A stretch of DNA of 64,000 bases from an uncultured Gemmatimonadales bacterium (GCA_963798915.1 CAWCVB010000006.1:436307-500306), one strand, 5' to 3'. Counted from the stretch's first letter, positions 1 through 11,180 are shown. Translations and numbers: made by a program. Notes: a model not told the origin generated them from the letters alone.

Positions 1-988
1 GTGGCCGGAGAGAAGAGCGCGCCGAGTCCGAGCAGCGCGTCGGCCGGCGCGCGCGCCGCAACCCAGAGCGGACCGATCAGCAGCAGGTAGCGGCTCACCG
101 CCGTCCGGGTCACCGCAAGCGCCAGCACCATGACGAGCGCGACGAGCAGGAGCATCGATCGCCCGTTCCGGGTGAACACGCGCGAGCGCGCCTCGTCCTG
201 CGTGGGGGGAATCGGTTGCACGCTGAACAGCAGCCGCGGACCGGCAGTGGTCGGCTCGGCGTAGTCGAAGATGTCGGGATTGTGCTCCGGTGCTTCGTTG
301 GGCGGATAGACATGCAGCCCTACTTCAGTCTCGCGCCGGAATCGCTCGGCCACACTTCGCGATCGATCAGGCACCGCGGAGTCGGCCCAGATCAGCACGC
401 TCGCGACGACCACCCGGCCGGCCGAGTGGCGGCGCGTCTCCAGAAGGACGTAATATCCACTGGTGCGGGCATCGATCGAGTCGCCCGCCGCTGCCGGAGC
501 CAGCCGGTGCCGCCCGGCCCAGGCCCAGGCGCCCCGGTTGAGTCGAGGATGGCGACGCCCACCTCGGCACCGCTGGCGGGAACTGCGCGGGCGAGGGCCT
601 CGAAGGCATGCTCCTGGCTCAGCTGGGCCGCCGCGACACCGCGATCGGCCAGGCGGGTGGCGGACCGGAGCGACGATCGAAGCTCGCCGCCGACGCGAGC
701 GCCATAGGCGGTGATGCGCTCCTCGCGCTGCGCCGGCCAGTCGTCGGCGATCTGCTTGAGATGCCAGGCGCTGTACGCCAGCTCGGCGCTCAGGAGCAGG
801 ACGAGCCCGCCGAGCACCACCGGCAGCACCCGCCGCTGGGCGACGCAAAGCCCCGCCGCAACCAGTGCGGCCCCAGCCGCGCAGGCTGCCCACGGCGTGG
901 AGGGTGCATGCAGCCACTCGGCCGTCGCGATCACTGTGGCGACGACCATCACCAGCCACCATTGAGCCCGATGCCTCACGACCGACAT
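1..988 (-). CDS. Large membrane protein, probably the N-terminal part of a sensor histidine kinase; runs off the window, frameshift near 530
   Basis: Hydrophobic N-terminal helices (MSVVRHRAQWWLVMVV...) and an extracytoplasmic region. After a 1-nt frame change at about 530 the reading continues (WAWAGRHR...LLLVALVMVLALAV...LFSPAT) open to base 1. The kinase domain is not in the window and the start could be 949. Confidence 0.55.
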
Positions 989-1684
989 CCATGGCGCCTG
1001 AAGGAAATGACGCCCGGCACGCTCCACGAACGACTGGCCGAGCGGCCCGCGCTCATCGTGCCCGTGGGCACCACCGAGCAGCACGGACCACACCTTCCGC
1101 TGGGCTGCGATTCCCTGATTGTCGAACGCCTGGCAGATGATCTCTCCGCGCTTGCGGGGGTGCCGCGCACGCCCACGGTGGAATACGGCGTGCATGCGCC
1201 GATCCCAACGTTTCCTGGGGGAGCCTCGCTCTCCCGGAAGACTCTGCACCGGGTCATGAACGAACTTATCGCGTCCTGGGAGCTGGGGGCAGGCGTCAAG
1301 GAGTTTCTCATCCTCACGGCACAGGCCAATGATGCCCATCAGGAGGCGCTCAGCACGATTCGCACCGACTCGGCGCGGGTGCTGGCGGTGGACATCTTCG
1401 ACCTGGATTTCGGTGACCGCCTCGAACGGCCTGAGGATCCCGTCCAAGGTGGCGAATTGGACACCTCGCTCCTGCTCTTCATCGCACCCGACCTGGTCAG
1501 GATGGACGTGGCGCAGGACTATGTGCTGCCCACCAATGGCGACTACCGGCCCGGCACGACCAGGCGGGCCCCGGCAGGGTTTCCCGGCTCAGTTGGATTT
1601 CCCAGTCTCGCGACGGCCCAGAAAGGCGAACGGCTGTATACATTCATTCTTGAGCAGGTACAACGCTGTCTGAACGCCTGCTAA
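971..1684 (+). CDS. Creatininase family protein
   Basis: PVGTTEQHGPHLPLGCD motif, FPGGASLS, GGELDTS and ATAQKGE are typical of the family. Confidence 0.85.
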   Translation: MPHDRHPWRLKEMTPGTLHERLAERPALIVPVGTTEQHGPHLPLGCDSLIVERLADDLSALAGVPRTPTVEYGVHAPIPTFPGGASLSRKTLHRVMNELIASWELGAGVKEFLILTAQANDAHQEALSTIRTDSARVLAVDIFDLDFGDRLERPEDPVQGGELDTSLLLFIAPDLVRMDVAQDYVLPTNGDYRPGTTRRAPAGFPGSVGFPSLATAQKGERLYTFILEQVQRCLNAC

Positions 1685-1713
1685 GGCGCCCGAGCTTTCG
1701 CGGAGAGGTCCGG

Positions 1714-2353
1714 ATGCGAACTCTTGCAGTCGTCATGTTGACCATCGCCGTTCCGGTATCGATGCAGGCCCAGCAGAATGCGTCGCTGACCTATGCCATT
1801 TCCCGGGATGGTGCCACTATCGGGGAAGAAGTCACCTCCCTGACTGCTGGCGATGCCCGGAATCCGGGCGGCAGCACCCTCGTGATCCGGGCGCACTACC
1901 CGGGTTCGCCCCGCGACTCAGCGATCGAGGCCATGCTGCAGCGCGACCGCGATCATCAGCTGATTCTCTTTCAGCTGGACCTGCATGAGGAGACGGGCGG
2001 CACCACCATCCTTGCCGCCGGATCCGGTGCCAGAGTGCTGCTCCGCACTGACACGCCTGGAAGTCGGGCCGTTCGAGAAGTTCCGGCTGGCGAGAATGTG
2101 GTGCTGCTCGATGATCATGTCCTGGGGCTGTACCAGGCGGTTGCCGACCTGGCGACGTCGGCCGGCGCCTCGCATCATCGGGATCTATCCGAGAACCGGC
2201 CGGAGGGTGCAGTTTCAGGCGCGGCTTGGCGACGCGGACCACGGCCGGCGCATCACCCTGTCGGGCCAACTGACCGGAACCCTGCTCGTCGACACCGAGG
2301 GACGGATGACCCGGGCCGAATTTCCGTCCGGACTGGTCGCCTCCGTCCGCTGA
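1714..2353 (+). CDS. Secreted hypothetical protein, frameshift near 2168
   Basis: Signal peptide MRTLAVVMLTIAVPVSMQA. Protein-like sequence continues in the 1985..2353 frame (RIIGIYPRTGRR...GLVASVR). Confidence 0.6.
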
Positions 2354-2472
2354 CCATCGCCACCCAACCGCTTGTGGGAACATGAGAAGGGCCGGCATCG
2401 TCGCAAGCTGAAACTTGCGAAACCCTGGCTCCGTAAGAGCGTCTGTACCGACACCTGAACGAGGACTCGTAC

Positions 2473-3987
2473 ATGCAGCGATTCAACGCCCTCCTGGTCA
2501 TCGCCCTGGCTCTCCCGGCAGCGCTTCGCGCGCAGGACAGCACCCAGGCGGCACCCATCCGGGCGACTCTCACTCTGAGTGAGGCCTTGTCGCAGGCCCG
2601 AGCCAACAGCCCCGAGTATCGTCAGGTGCTCAACGACGCCGGGCCGGCGCGCTGGGCGGTTCGCAATGCCTATTCCAGCCTGTTCCTCCCCAGTGCCAGT
2701 GCGAGCCTCGGTCTGGGCTACACCGGCGCGGGCAGTTCACCGTTTGGCGGCCGCGAGTTTGTCCAGACCTCGCCCAGCTACAACTCCAATTACGGCATTG
2801 ACCTCGGCTGGCGGCTTGACGGCCAGACGCTGACGGCGCCTGGAAGGGCCAAGGCAAACCAGCGCGCCACATCCGAGCAGATCGCGGCCGGCGCAGTGCG
2901 GCTCAAGGCTGATGTCACGACGCAGTACCTGAGTGCATTGCAGGCGGTGGCGCAAGTAGAGGTTGCGCAACAACAGGTCAGACGCAACGACGACTTCCTG
3001 AAGCTGGCTCAGGCGCGGTACCAGGTGGGGCAGACCACGCTTCTGGACGTCAGGCAGGCGGAGGTCACCAAGGGCACGTCCGAGGTGGCGCTGCTTCGTG
3101 CCGAGCAGACGTCCAACGATGCCAAGCTCGAGCTTTTCAGGTTGATCGGTATCGAGCCACCCGTTCCAGTCGATCAGGTCGCGCTACCAGACAGTTTTCC
3201 GGTGATGGAGCCACAATTTGAGCTCCCAGCCCTCTTGCAGGCAGCGGAGCAGCAGAATCCCTCCTTGCGTGCCCTGCGTGCGCAGGAGGATGCCGCGGGC
3301 TCAAGCGTGACCGCCGCCAAGTCGCAGTATCTGCCCACGCTGAACGTCAGCGCCGACTGGAATGGCTTCACCCAGGAATTCTCCAATGAAAGTCTGCTCC
3401 TCAGTCAGCAGCTCTCCGGAGCTCAGGCGGGCTACTCCTCCTGCCTGGAGAACAATCAGATCCGGACGAACGCCGGCCTGATGCCCAATGACTGTCTGGC
3501 GGTCAATGGCTTGCAGGATCAGAGCACGCTCGATCCGGCCGTGGTTTCGGCGTTCCACGAGCGTAACAACGTGTTCCCTTTCAACTTCTCGCGGCAGCCC
3601 TTCACTGCCCGGCTGAGTCTCTCACTTCCCATTTTCAATGGGTTTGCGCGCGAGCTGGATGTCGCCCAGGCACAGAGCCAGCGAGAGGATGCTCAGGAGC
3701 AGGTGCGCGCCAGCCGCCTCCTGGTGAGGAAGACGGTACAGAGCGACTATCTCGCCGTGCAAACCGCCTTCAAGTCCATCGCCGTGCAGGAGGCCGCCCG
3801 CAACGCGGCGCGCGACCAGCTGCGTCTGGCGCAGGACCGCTATCGCCTGGGCAGTGGCACCGCGCTGGAACTCTCAGACGCGCAGAACGCCGTGCAGACG
3901 GCCGAGGGCGCGTACGTGAATGCCATTTACGGATACCATATTGCCGTCGCCGCGCTGGAAGCGGCGGTCGGCCGTCCCCTTCGCTAA
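2473..3987 (+). CDS. TolC family outer membrane efflux protein
   Basis: Signal peptide, two OEP repeats (ARYQVG, DRYRLG), SD GAGGA upstream, first gene of the efflux operon. Confidence 0.92.
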   Translation: MQRFNALLVIALALPAALRAQDSTQAAPIRATLTLSEALSQARANSPEYRQVLNDAGPARWAVRNAYSSLFLPSASASLGLGYTGAGSSPFGGREFVQTSPSYNSNYGIDLGWRLDGQTLTAPGRAKANQRATSEQIAAGAVRLKADVTTQYLSALQAVAQVEVAQQQVRRNDDFLKLAQARYQVGQTTLLDVRQAEVTKGTSEVALLRAEQTSNDAKLELFRLIGIEPPVPVDQVALPDSFPVMEPQFELPALLQAAEQQNPSLRALRAQEDAAGSSVTAAKSQYLPTLNVSADWNGFTQEFSNESLLLSQQLSGAQAGYSSCLENNQIRTNAGLMPNDCLAVNGLQDQSTLDPAVVSAFHERNNVFPFNFSRQPFTARLSLSLPIFNGFARELDVAQAQSQREDAQEQVRASRLLVRKTVQSDYLAVQTAFKSIAVQEAARNAARDQLRLAQDRYRLGSGTALELSDAQNAVQTAEGAYVNAIYGYHIAVAALEAAVGRPLR

Positions 3988-3999
3988 CAAGGACGACTC

Positions 4000-5295
4000 A
4001 TGTCGCGTGGGAAGAAGGTCGGGATCTTCGCAGCCGCCGCCGTTGTGCTCATCGTCGCGCTGGTCATGATGGGCCGGGCCCGGAAGAAGAACGCCGGCAC
4101 GGAGGTGCGCTTGGAGAAGGCGAGCCGCCGCAGTCTCGTGTCGGCTGTCACGGCGAGTGGCAAGATCGACGCCAAGACCTCGGTGGACATCAGCGCCGAT
4201 ATTACCGGGCGCATCACCAAGATCGGCGTCAAGGAGGGCGACCTGGTCAAGCAGGGCCAATTCCTCCTGCAGATCGATCCGACGCAGTATCAGGCCGCCG
4301 TGGCCCGGTCGCAGGGGCTGGTGGCCTCATCCCAGGCCGCCACCATCCAGGCGAAAGCAACCCGTGATCAGGCCGAGCGGGCGCTGAGCCGGGCCACCCA
4401 GCTGTCCAAGTCGGGCTCGAACCTCATCGCGCCGGAGGCGGTGGAGCAGGCGCAGACAGCATTCGACGTCGCGGTCGCCAATTTCAACGCCAGCAGGGCC
4501 CAGCTGGATCAGTCCCGGGCGTCGCTCCGCGAAGCCGAAGACCAGCTCTCCAAGACGCGGCTGGTGGCCCCCATGGACGGTCGGGTTGTCCGGGTGGCCA
4601 AGGAAGTGGGCGAAGTCGCAGTACCCAGCACCTTCTCCAGCGCGGAAGGCCTGCTGGTGACCGTGGCCGATCTCAGCGTGATCCTGGCGACGGTACAAGT
4701 GGACGAAACCGATGTGGTGCGGCTGGCGCTGGGCGATTCGGTACAGATCACCATCGACGCCTTCCCCGACACGACCTTCGTCGGCAGGGTCACCAAGGTC
4801 AGCAACAGCGCGGTGCTGAGCGCCACCCAGACTTCTTCCGGCTCGCAGGACCGGGCGGTGGACTTCGAAGTCGAGGTGACGCTGGATGATCCGCCGCAGG
4901 ACGTGCGCCCCGATCTCAGTTGCACTGCCCGCATCGTCACCGCGACCCGCACCAATGTGGTCAGCGTGCCGATCATTGCCCTCACAGTCCGGGATAACGA
5001 GCCGGTACCCAACGAGGAAGCGGGCAAGCAGAAGGCCGCCGCGCCGCCCCGGCCGGATACCGCTGGTGCTGCGAAGAAGAAGGACACCGAAGGCGTCTTT
5101 GTCGTCCAGGAGGGCGTTGCGCACTTCCGGCCGGTCAAGGTCGGCATCACCGGGGACGAATACTTCGAGATCACGAACGGGCTCCGAGACGGCGAAACCA
5201 TCGTCGCCGGCACCTACCAGGCGATCCGCGACCTCAAGGACGGTGACAAGGTCAAGGCCACCCAGGCGCCGGAGATGAAGGGAGCGAAGAGCTGA
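4000..5295 (+). CDS. MacA-type periplasmic adaptor subunit
   Basis: N-terminal anchor, lipoyl half-motifs ([25 protein letters not shown]), VDETDV, GLRDGE. Confidence 0.92.
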   Translation: MSRGKKVGIFAAAAVVLIVALVMMGRARKKNAGTEVRLEKASRRSLVSAVTASGKIDAKTSVDISADITGRITKIGVKEGDLVKQGQFLLQIDPTQYQAAVARSQGLVASSQAATIQAKATRDQAERALSRATQLSKSGSNLIAPEAVEQAQTAFDVAVANFNASRAQLDQSRASLREAEDQLSKTRLVAPMDGRVVRVAKEVGEVAVPSTFSSAEGLLVTVADLSVILATVQVDETDVVRLALGDSVQITIDAFPDTTFVGRVTKVSNSAVLSATQTSSGSQDRAVDFEVEVTLDDPPQDVRPDLSCTARIVTATRTNVVSVPIIALTVRDNEPVPNEEAGKQKAAAPPRPDTAGAAKKKDTEGVFVVQEGVAHFRPVKVGITGDEYFEITNGLRDGETIVAGTYQAIRDLKDGDKVKATQAPEMKGAKS

Positions 5296-5996
5296 TGAAT
5301 CCGGATGTGCTGCGGGTGGTGGGCCTCGAGCGCCGCTATGACATGGGGGGAGAAGTGGTGCATGCTCTGCGCGGCGTCACGGTCACCATCCGCCGCAACG
5401 AGTACGTGGCGATCATGGGTCCCTCCGGCTCGGGCAAGTCCACCATGATGAACATCCTCGGTTGCCTCGACACGCCCGATGCCGGCGAGTACTGGCTGAA
5501 TGACCAGGAGGTCTCTCGCCTCGACGATGACGCGCTGGCCCGGGTGCGCAACCGGGAGATCGGGTTCGTGTTCCAGACCTTCAACCTGCTGCCGCGCGCC
5601 TCGGCGCTGCACAACGTGGAACTGCCGCTGATTTACGCTGGACTCTCGTCGGCCGACCGGCGCAGCCGCGCCGAAGCGGCGCTCAGCCGGGTGGGACTGG
5701 CGGACCGGATGCACCACCGGCCCAACGAGCTGTCGGGTGGCCAGCGCCAGCGGGTGGCGATTGCGCGTGCCCTGGTCAACCGTCCCAGCATCCTGCTGGC
5801 TGATGAGCCCACCGGGAACCTGGACAGCACCACCAGTGAAGAGATCATGGCGGTCTTCGAGGAATTGCACGCCGAAGGCCAGACCGTTGTCATGGTGACC
5901 CACGAACCTGACATCGCGGCGCACGCGGAGCGCGTCATCACCCTGCGTGACGGCATCGTCGAATCGGACCGCCGGCCCCGGGAAAGCGCGGCCTGA
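5295..5996 (+). CDS. ABC transporter ATP-binding protein (MacB/LolD type)
   Basis: Walker [37 protein letters not shown]. Confidence 0.95.
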   Translation: MNPDVLRVVGLERRYDMGGEVVHALRGVTVTIRRNEYVAIMGPSGSGKSTMMNILGCLDTPDAGEYWLNDQEVSRLDDDALARVRNREIGFVFQTFNLLPRASALHNVELPLIYAGLSSADRRSRAEAALSRVGLADRMHHRPNELSGGQRQRVAIARALVNRPSILLADEPTGNLDSTTSEEIMAVFEELHAEGQTVVMVTHEPDIAAHAERVITLRDGIVESDRRPRESAA

Positions 5997-5997
5997 G

Positions 5998-7239
5998 ATG
6001 CCGCTGCTTGAAGCGGTCCGCATGGCGCTCCGCGCCATCTGGGCGCAGAAGCTCAAGAGCTTCTTTTCGCTGATCGGTGTCCTGATCGGCGTCACCTTCC
6101 TGATCGCGGTCGTCTCCATCGTCCAGGGCATGAACGTGTACATGGAGGAGCAGTTCGCCGACAAGCTGGTCGGCATCAACACCTTCCAGCTGCGCCAGCG
6201 TCCCGGCATCGTGATGGAAAACCTGGACGAGGAAGTCTGGCGCGCCTGGCAGCGCCGGCCGCGGATTACCTACGCCGATGCGCGATACATCCGTGACCGG
6301 CTGCCGGCCTCGATCCAAACCTCCATGTACTGCGCCGACAATGTCGACATCAGTTACAACGGCAAGCAGGCCAAGGGCATCCAGTTGGTTGGCGTGGAGG
6401 ATACCTACTTCCGCATCAAGAACTACGAAATCGGGGCAGGCCGCGCGTTCAGTGCACAGGAAGTCCGCGCGGGAACACCGGTGGTGGTGATCGGCTCCCT
6501 GGTCGGGGAAAAGCTGTTTGCCGGGGCAGATCCAGTGGACAAGAGCGTGGCGATCGCGGGATTGCCCTACCGGGTCATCGGCGTCGTCAAGGAACAGGGG
6601 ACGCTGTTCGGCATCTCCCTCGACAAGTTTGCCATCATGCCGTATTCGGCGCCGGCTCGCCGCTGGATCTGCCCTCACAACGTGCTGGACGAGGTGGAGA
6701 TCAAGGCGGACAATCCCGCTGCCATGCAGGCGGCCATGGGCCAGGTCGAGGGGCTGATGCGGGCCCGGCGGCACCTGAAGCCACGGGAAGAAAACAATTT
6801 TGCACTCCAGACTGCCGAGGGCGCCCTCGCAGGGTGGAAGAAAATCTCCAGGATCCTGATGATGGCGCTGCCGGGCCTGGTGGCCATTTCCCTGGTGGTG
6901 GGCGGCATCGTCATCATGAACATCATGCTGATGGCGGTCAGCGAGCGGACCCGCGAAATCGGCATCCGTAAGGCGCTCGGAGCCAAGCGCAGCGACATCC
7001 TGGCCCAGTTCGTGGTCGAGAGCGCCACGATTTCCCTGGTAGGCGCGGCGCTGGGCATCGGCCTGGGGATCACGCTCGCGATCATCGTCCGGGCCCTCAC
7101 CTTCCTGCCAGCGGCCATTGCGCCCTGGTCGGTTGGCGTGGGCGTGGCGCTCGGCGTTTCGGTCGGCCTCGTGGCCGGGGTCTACCCTGCCACGCGCGCG
7201 GCCCGCCTGGATCCGATCCAGGCCCTGCGGTCAGAATAG
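5998..7239 (+). CDS. MacB/FtsX-like ABC permease (type A)
   Basis: MacB periplasmic core, VGGIVIMNIM...ERTREIGIRKALGA, LDPIQALRSE. Confidence 0.92.
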   Translation: MPLLEAVRMALRAIWAQKLKSFFSLIGVLIGVTFLIAVVSIVQGMNVYMEEQFADKLVGINTFQLRQRPGIVMENLDEEVWRAWQRRPRITYADARYIRDRLPASIQTSMYCADNVDISYNGKQAKGIQLVGVEDTYFRIKNYEIGAGRAFSAQEVRAGTPVVVIGSLVGEKLFAGADPVDKSVAIAGLPYRVIGVVKEQGTLFGISLDKFAIMPYSAPARRWICPHNVLDEVEIKADNPAAMQAAMGQVEGLMRARRHLKPREENNFALQTAEGALAGWKKISRILMMALPGLVAISLVVGGIVIMNIMLMAVSERTREIGIRKALGAKRSDILAQFVVESATISLVGAALGIGLGITLAIIVRALTFLPAAIAPWSVGVGVALGVSVGLVAGVYPATRAARLDPIQALRSE

Positions 7240-7248
7240 GAGAGGCCG

Positions 7249-8490
7249 ATGCACATCTCCCGGGCGTTCGAAGGCGTCGGCATTGCGCTCGACTCGATTC
7301 GCGCCAACAAGGTACGCGCCTTCCTGACCATCCTGGGCGTCGCCATCGGCGTCATGGTGGTGATCGCGATGGCCTCCGCCATCACCGGGATCAACCGCGG
7401 TGTGCAGAAGGAGCTGGAGAGCCTCGGCCCCAAGACGTTCTTCGTCCAGCGGTATTTCCAGGGCGGGCTCAACATCAGCGACGGCTCCGATGAGCTCTCG
7501 CCCTGGCGGAAGATGCCATGGATCACGGTGGACGAGGCGAAGATGGTCGCCCGGCTTCCGGCGGTGAAGTACGTGGTGTGGAACGAGAACGCCAGTGGCC
7601 CAGTGTCGTATGAGGATACGCATCTCAAGAGTTCCAATATCCGGGGTAACAGCCCCAACTGGATCTATACCTCCGGGGCCACGATCACCGAAGGGCGGAA
7701 CTACACGGAGGTGGAGGCTGCATCCAACGCCCATGTCGTGGTCATCAATGACAAGATGGCGGACATGCTCTTCGGGGACCGGGATCCGCTTGAACGCCAG
7801 ATCAAGGTGTACGGCATTCCCTTCACCGTGCTTGGCGTCTACGTGGATGCGGCCGGCCTCTTCAGCGGCACGCCCTCGCCGGTGCTTTCCATGCCGCACT
7901 CCACGTTCACCAAGGTGGCGGACTACTGGAAGGGCTGGATGGATATCGCCGTGACACCGAAGGACGCATACTCGGTCGCCGATGCCCAGGACCAGGTGAC
8001 TGCCGCCATGCGAGTGCGCCGGGGGCTTCGGCCCGACCAGGAGAACAACTTTGCGGTCGTGAGTCAGGACCGGCTTCTCCAGTCGTTCAACAGTGTCACC
8101 CAGGGATTCTTCCTGGTCATGCTGGCCCTGTCGAGCGTGGGACTCATGGTCGGCGGCGTCGGGGTGGTGGCCATCATGATGATCTCGGTGACCGAGCGGA
8201 CCCGCGAGATCGGCGTCCGGAAGGCGCTTGGTGCGACGCGGCGCGAGATCATGTTCCAGTTCCTGGTCGAGGCGGCGACGCTCACCCTGGTGGGCGGCGC
8301 CTGCGGACTGGCGCTCGGTGCGATGATTTCCTTTGGCATCCGGGCCTGGACGCCGGTCCCGGCGGCCATTCCACTCTGGTCCGTCGTCGTTGCGGTGGCC
8401 GCTTCCATGGTGACCGGCATCTTCTTCGGGCTCTATCCCGCCAGCAAGGCGAGCCGGCTCGATCCAGTGGAGGCGTTGCGGTACGAATAG
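7249..8490 (+). CDS. MacB/FtsX-like ABC permease (type B)
   Basis: VGGVGVVAIMMISVTERTREIGVRKALGA, LDPVEALRYE. Confidence 0.92.
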   Translation: MHISRAFEGVGIALDSIRANKVRAFLTILGVAIGVMVVIAMASAITGINRGVQKELESLGPKTFFVQRYFQGGLNISDGSDELSPWRKMPWITVDEAKMVARLPAVKYVVWNENASGPVSYEDTHLKSSNIRGNSPNWIYTSGATITEGRNYTEVEAASNAHVVVINDKMADMLFGDRDPLERQIKVYGIPFTVLGVYVDAAGLFSGTPSPVLSMPHSTFTKVADYWKGWMDIAVTPKDAYSVADAQDQVTAAMRVRRGLRPDQENNFAVVSQDRLLQSFNSVTQGFFLVMLALSSVGLMVGGVGVVAIMMISVTERTREIGVRKALGATRREIMFQFLVEAATLTLVGGACGLALGAMISFGIRAWTPVPAAIPLWSVVVAVAASMVTGIFFGLYPASKASRLDPVEALRYE

Positions 8491-8569
8491 ACGGCGAGAC
8501 GGCAAGACGGCAAGACGGCAAGACGGCGAGGAAGCAGCCGCCTAGCCAACCTGCCAACTCGCCGTCTAG
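8488..8569. repeat. 8-nt tandem repeat (ACGGCRAG x5) with a degenerate inverted arm
   Basis: Five units at 8491-8530. TAGACGGCGAG (8488-8498) is perfectly complementary to CTCGCCGTCTA (8558-8568). Confidence 0.9.
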
Positions 8570-8578
8570 TTTCCAGCC

Positions 8579-9823
8579 ATGCCCCTGACCGAAGCCCTGC
8601 GGCTGGCCCTGCAGACCATCGCCTCCAGCAAGCTCCGATCATTCTTCACCCTTCTCGGCATCATTGTCAGCGTCGGATTCCTGGTCACGGTGGTGGCCAT
8701 CATCCAGGGCATGAACGCTTATGTCCGCGAGAACCTGACGGGCGCCATCATCGGCACCAATGCCTTCCAGGTGCGACGCGACCCGATTCAGGTCGGACTT
8801 CTGAGTGACAGTACTGTGCGGGCCATCGCCAAGCGTCCCCGTATCACCCAGACAGACGCGGCGGCCATTGCGAGAGCGCTGCCCGATGCCCGCGCCGTGG
8901 CGCTTCAATCCGGCTGGCCGACTCCTTCCGCCGATGTGTCCTGGCGCTCCCAGCAACTGCGGAGCATCCTCACCTTCGGCGTCACTCCGGCGTATCAGAT
9001 TGTCCAGGACTATCAATTTCTCGTCGGGGAGCCGCTCACCGAACCGGATGTGGACCAGCGACGGCTGGTGGCGGTCATCGGTTATGACGTGGCGGAGAAG
9101 CTTTTCGGCGTGCCGGAGTCGGCGGTGGGCAAGCAGATCCGGGTGGCCGGGACACAGCTGACCGTCAAGGGGGTCATTGCCCGGAAGGGGCGGGTGCTGG
9201 GACAGAGCTTCGATTCCTTTGTGCTGCTGCCGCTCCCCACCTTCGAGAGCATCTTCGGCCGGAGACTCACGACCGTGGTCTCGGTCAAGATGCGCGACGC
9301 CGACCAGGTCGGGAACGGCATGGACCGGGCCGAGGAGGCCATGCGCGTGGCCCATCGCCTCCGGCCCAACGAGCCCGACGACTTCACCGTCGACAAGGCC
9401 GATGCGCTGATGGCCTTCTGGGCGAGCCTGACCGGCCTCCTCTTTGCCATCATCCCCGCCATCGTCTGCATCGGGATCGTGGTCGGGGGCATTGTCATCA
9501 TGAACATCATGCTCATGGCCGTGACGGAGCGGACCCACGAGATCGGTATCCGGAAAGCCCTGGGCGCGCGCCAGCGCGACATCCGCCGTCAGTTCCTGAT
9601 CGAGGCGATCGTACTTTCGGCCCTGGGAGGCTTGATCGGAATCGCTGCCGGCTGGGGCCTGGCGCTGGTCATTGGCACCGTCTCACCGCTGCCGGCTCGA
9701 GTCACCGCCTGGAGCGTGGCCGTCGCACTGGCACTGGGAGCGGGCACGGGGATCCTCTTTGGCGTCTATCCGGCCGCGCGAGCCGCGCGGCTTGATCCGA
9801 TCGCGGCACTTCGCGCCGAATGA
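8579..9823 (+). CDS. MacB/FtsX-like ABC permease (type A paralog)
   Basis: VGGIVIMNIMLMAVTERTHEIGIRKALGA, LDPIAALRAE. Confidence 0.92.
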   Translation: MPLTEALRLALQTIASSKLRSFFTLLGIIVSVGFLVTVVAIIQGMNAYVRENLTGAIIGTNAFQVRRDPIQVGLLSDSTVRAIAKRPRITQTDAAAIARALPDARAVALQSGWPTPSADVSWRSQQLRSILTFGVTPAYQIVQDYQFLVGEPLTEPDVDQRRLVAVIGYDVAEKLFGVPESAVGKQIRVAGTQLTVKGVIARKGRVLGQSFDSFVLLPLPTFESIFGRRLTTVVSVKMRDADQVGNGMDRAEEAMRVAHRLRPNEPDDFTVDKADALMAFWASLTGLLFAIIPAIVCIGIVVGGIVIMNIMLMAVTERTHEIGIRKALGARQRDIRRQFLIEAIVLSALGGLIGIAAGWGLALVIGTVSPLPARVTAWSVAVALALGAGTGILFGVYPAARAARLDPIAALRAE

Positions 9824-11079
9824 GCATCGGCGTCCCGCATCGCCTGTTCCGGGCCATTGGCGAGGGCGTGTCCATCGCGCTCGATGCTCTCCGGTCCAAC
9901 AAGCTTCGCAGCGCCCTCACCATTCTTGGGGTGGTCATCGGCGTGACGACGGTGATGGCCATGGCCAGCATCGTGCAGGGCGTGCGCTCGCAGATTCTCA
10001 ACAGCGTCGAAGTGGCCGGCCCGACCACGTTCTACGTCATGCGCTACTGGTCGCAGACACCGGTCGACCCGAACAACCTGCCATACGAAGTGCGCATCCG
10101 TCCGGTGCTGCGCTCCAGTGACGTCGCCGCCATCCGTCCCCTCACCGAGATCCGCTACGCCGGGCTCTGGGTCCAGATCTTCGAGCGCATTGAATACCAG
10201 GGCAGCCGGACCCAGGTGATGACCATCTTTGCCGGCGACGACCACTACATGGACGTCCAAGGCGGCACCCTGCTTCGCGGGCGATTTTTCACCCGGGGAG
10301 AGCTTTCGGGCGATCCCGTGACGGTGCTGGAGCAGGAGGTGGCGACCAGGCTGTTCGGACGGATCGACCCCCTGGGGAAGATCGTCCGAATCGGTGGGAA
10401 GGCCCTGCGGGTGATCGGCATCTACGCCAAGCCGGACAATATCTTCGAGCCTCCGACACAGGAGATTGGCGCCATCATCCCCTACCAGATGGCCCGGCAT
10501 AATTACCGCTACGATGAGACCAATGCCCTCTTCATCATCGTCAAGCCGAGGGACGGCGTTGCGGCCGACGTAGCGATGGACGTGGTGACTGCCGGCATCC
10601 GACGCGCCCGCGGTCTTCGGCCGGGAATGCCCAATACGTTTGACCTGATCGGCCAGGACAAGATCCTCGAGACGGTCAACAGCCTCACGTCCGTGTTCTT
10701 TCTGGTGATGGTGGCCCTTTCCAGTGTTGGGCTACTGGTGGGCGGCATCGGCGTCATGGCCATCATGATGGTATCGGTGACCAGCCGCACCCGGGAAATC
10801 GGACTTCGCAAGGCCCTGGGCGCCACGCGCCGGGAGATTCTCTGGCAATTCCTGGTCGAGGCCGCCACGCTCACCCTCACGGGCGGGCTGCTTGGCATTC
10901 TGCTCGGGATGGCGACGGGAGAAATTCTCAAGCGCGTGTTGGGCCTGGAGTCGTCGGTGCCGCTCTGGAGCGCCTTCGTGGCCACGGGAGTGAGCGTTGG
11001 CATCGGGCTGGTCTTCGGTCTCTTCCCGGCCAACCGTGCCGCCAGGATGGATCCGGTGGAGGCGTTGAGGTATGAGTAG
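9820..11079 (+). CDS. MacB/FtsX-like ABC permease (type B paralog)
   Basis: VGGIGVMAIMMVSVTSRTREIGLRKALGA, MDPVEALRYE; ATGA overlap with the previous gene. Confidence 0.92.
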   Translation: MSIGVPHRLFRAIGEGVSIALDALRSNKLRSALTILGVVIGVTTVMAMASIVQGVRSQILNSVEVAGPTTFYVMRYWSQTPVDPNNLPYEVRIRPVLRSSDVAAIRPLTEIRYAGLWVQIFERIEYQGSRTQVMTIFAGDDHYMDVQGGTLLRGRFFTRGELSGDPVTVLEQEVATRLFGRIDPLGKIVRIGGKALRVIGIYAKPDNIFEPPTQEIGAIIPYQMARHNYRYDETNALFIIVKPRDGVAADVAMDVVTAGIRRARGLRPGMPNTFDLIGQDKILETVNSLTSVFFLVMVALSSVGLLVGGIGVMAIMMVSVTSRTREIGLRKALGATRREILWQFLVEAATLTLTGGLLGILLGMATGEILKRVLGLESSVPLWSAFVATGVSVGIGLVFGLFPANRAARMDPVEALRYE

Positions 11080-11178
11080 ACGGCTAGACGGCTAGACGGC
11101 TAGACGGCTAGTTTGCACGAGCAGAACTTCCTTGATCGAACCACAGGCCATCTAACCGTCCAGCCGCCCAGCCACCTA
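11077..11178. repeat. 8-nt tandem repeat (TAGACGGC x4) with four degenerate inverted units
   Basis: Four perfect units at 11077-11108. GCCATCTA ACCGTCCA GCCGCCCA GCCACCTA at 11147-11178 resemble the reverse complement GCCGTCTA. Confidence 0.9.
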
Positions 11179-11180
11179 TC

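Noticed and set aside
8488..11178. CRISPR array
   Set aside because: The units are 8 nt and directly tandem, with no unique spacers and no cas genes.
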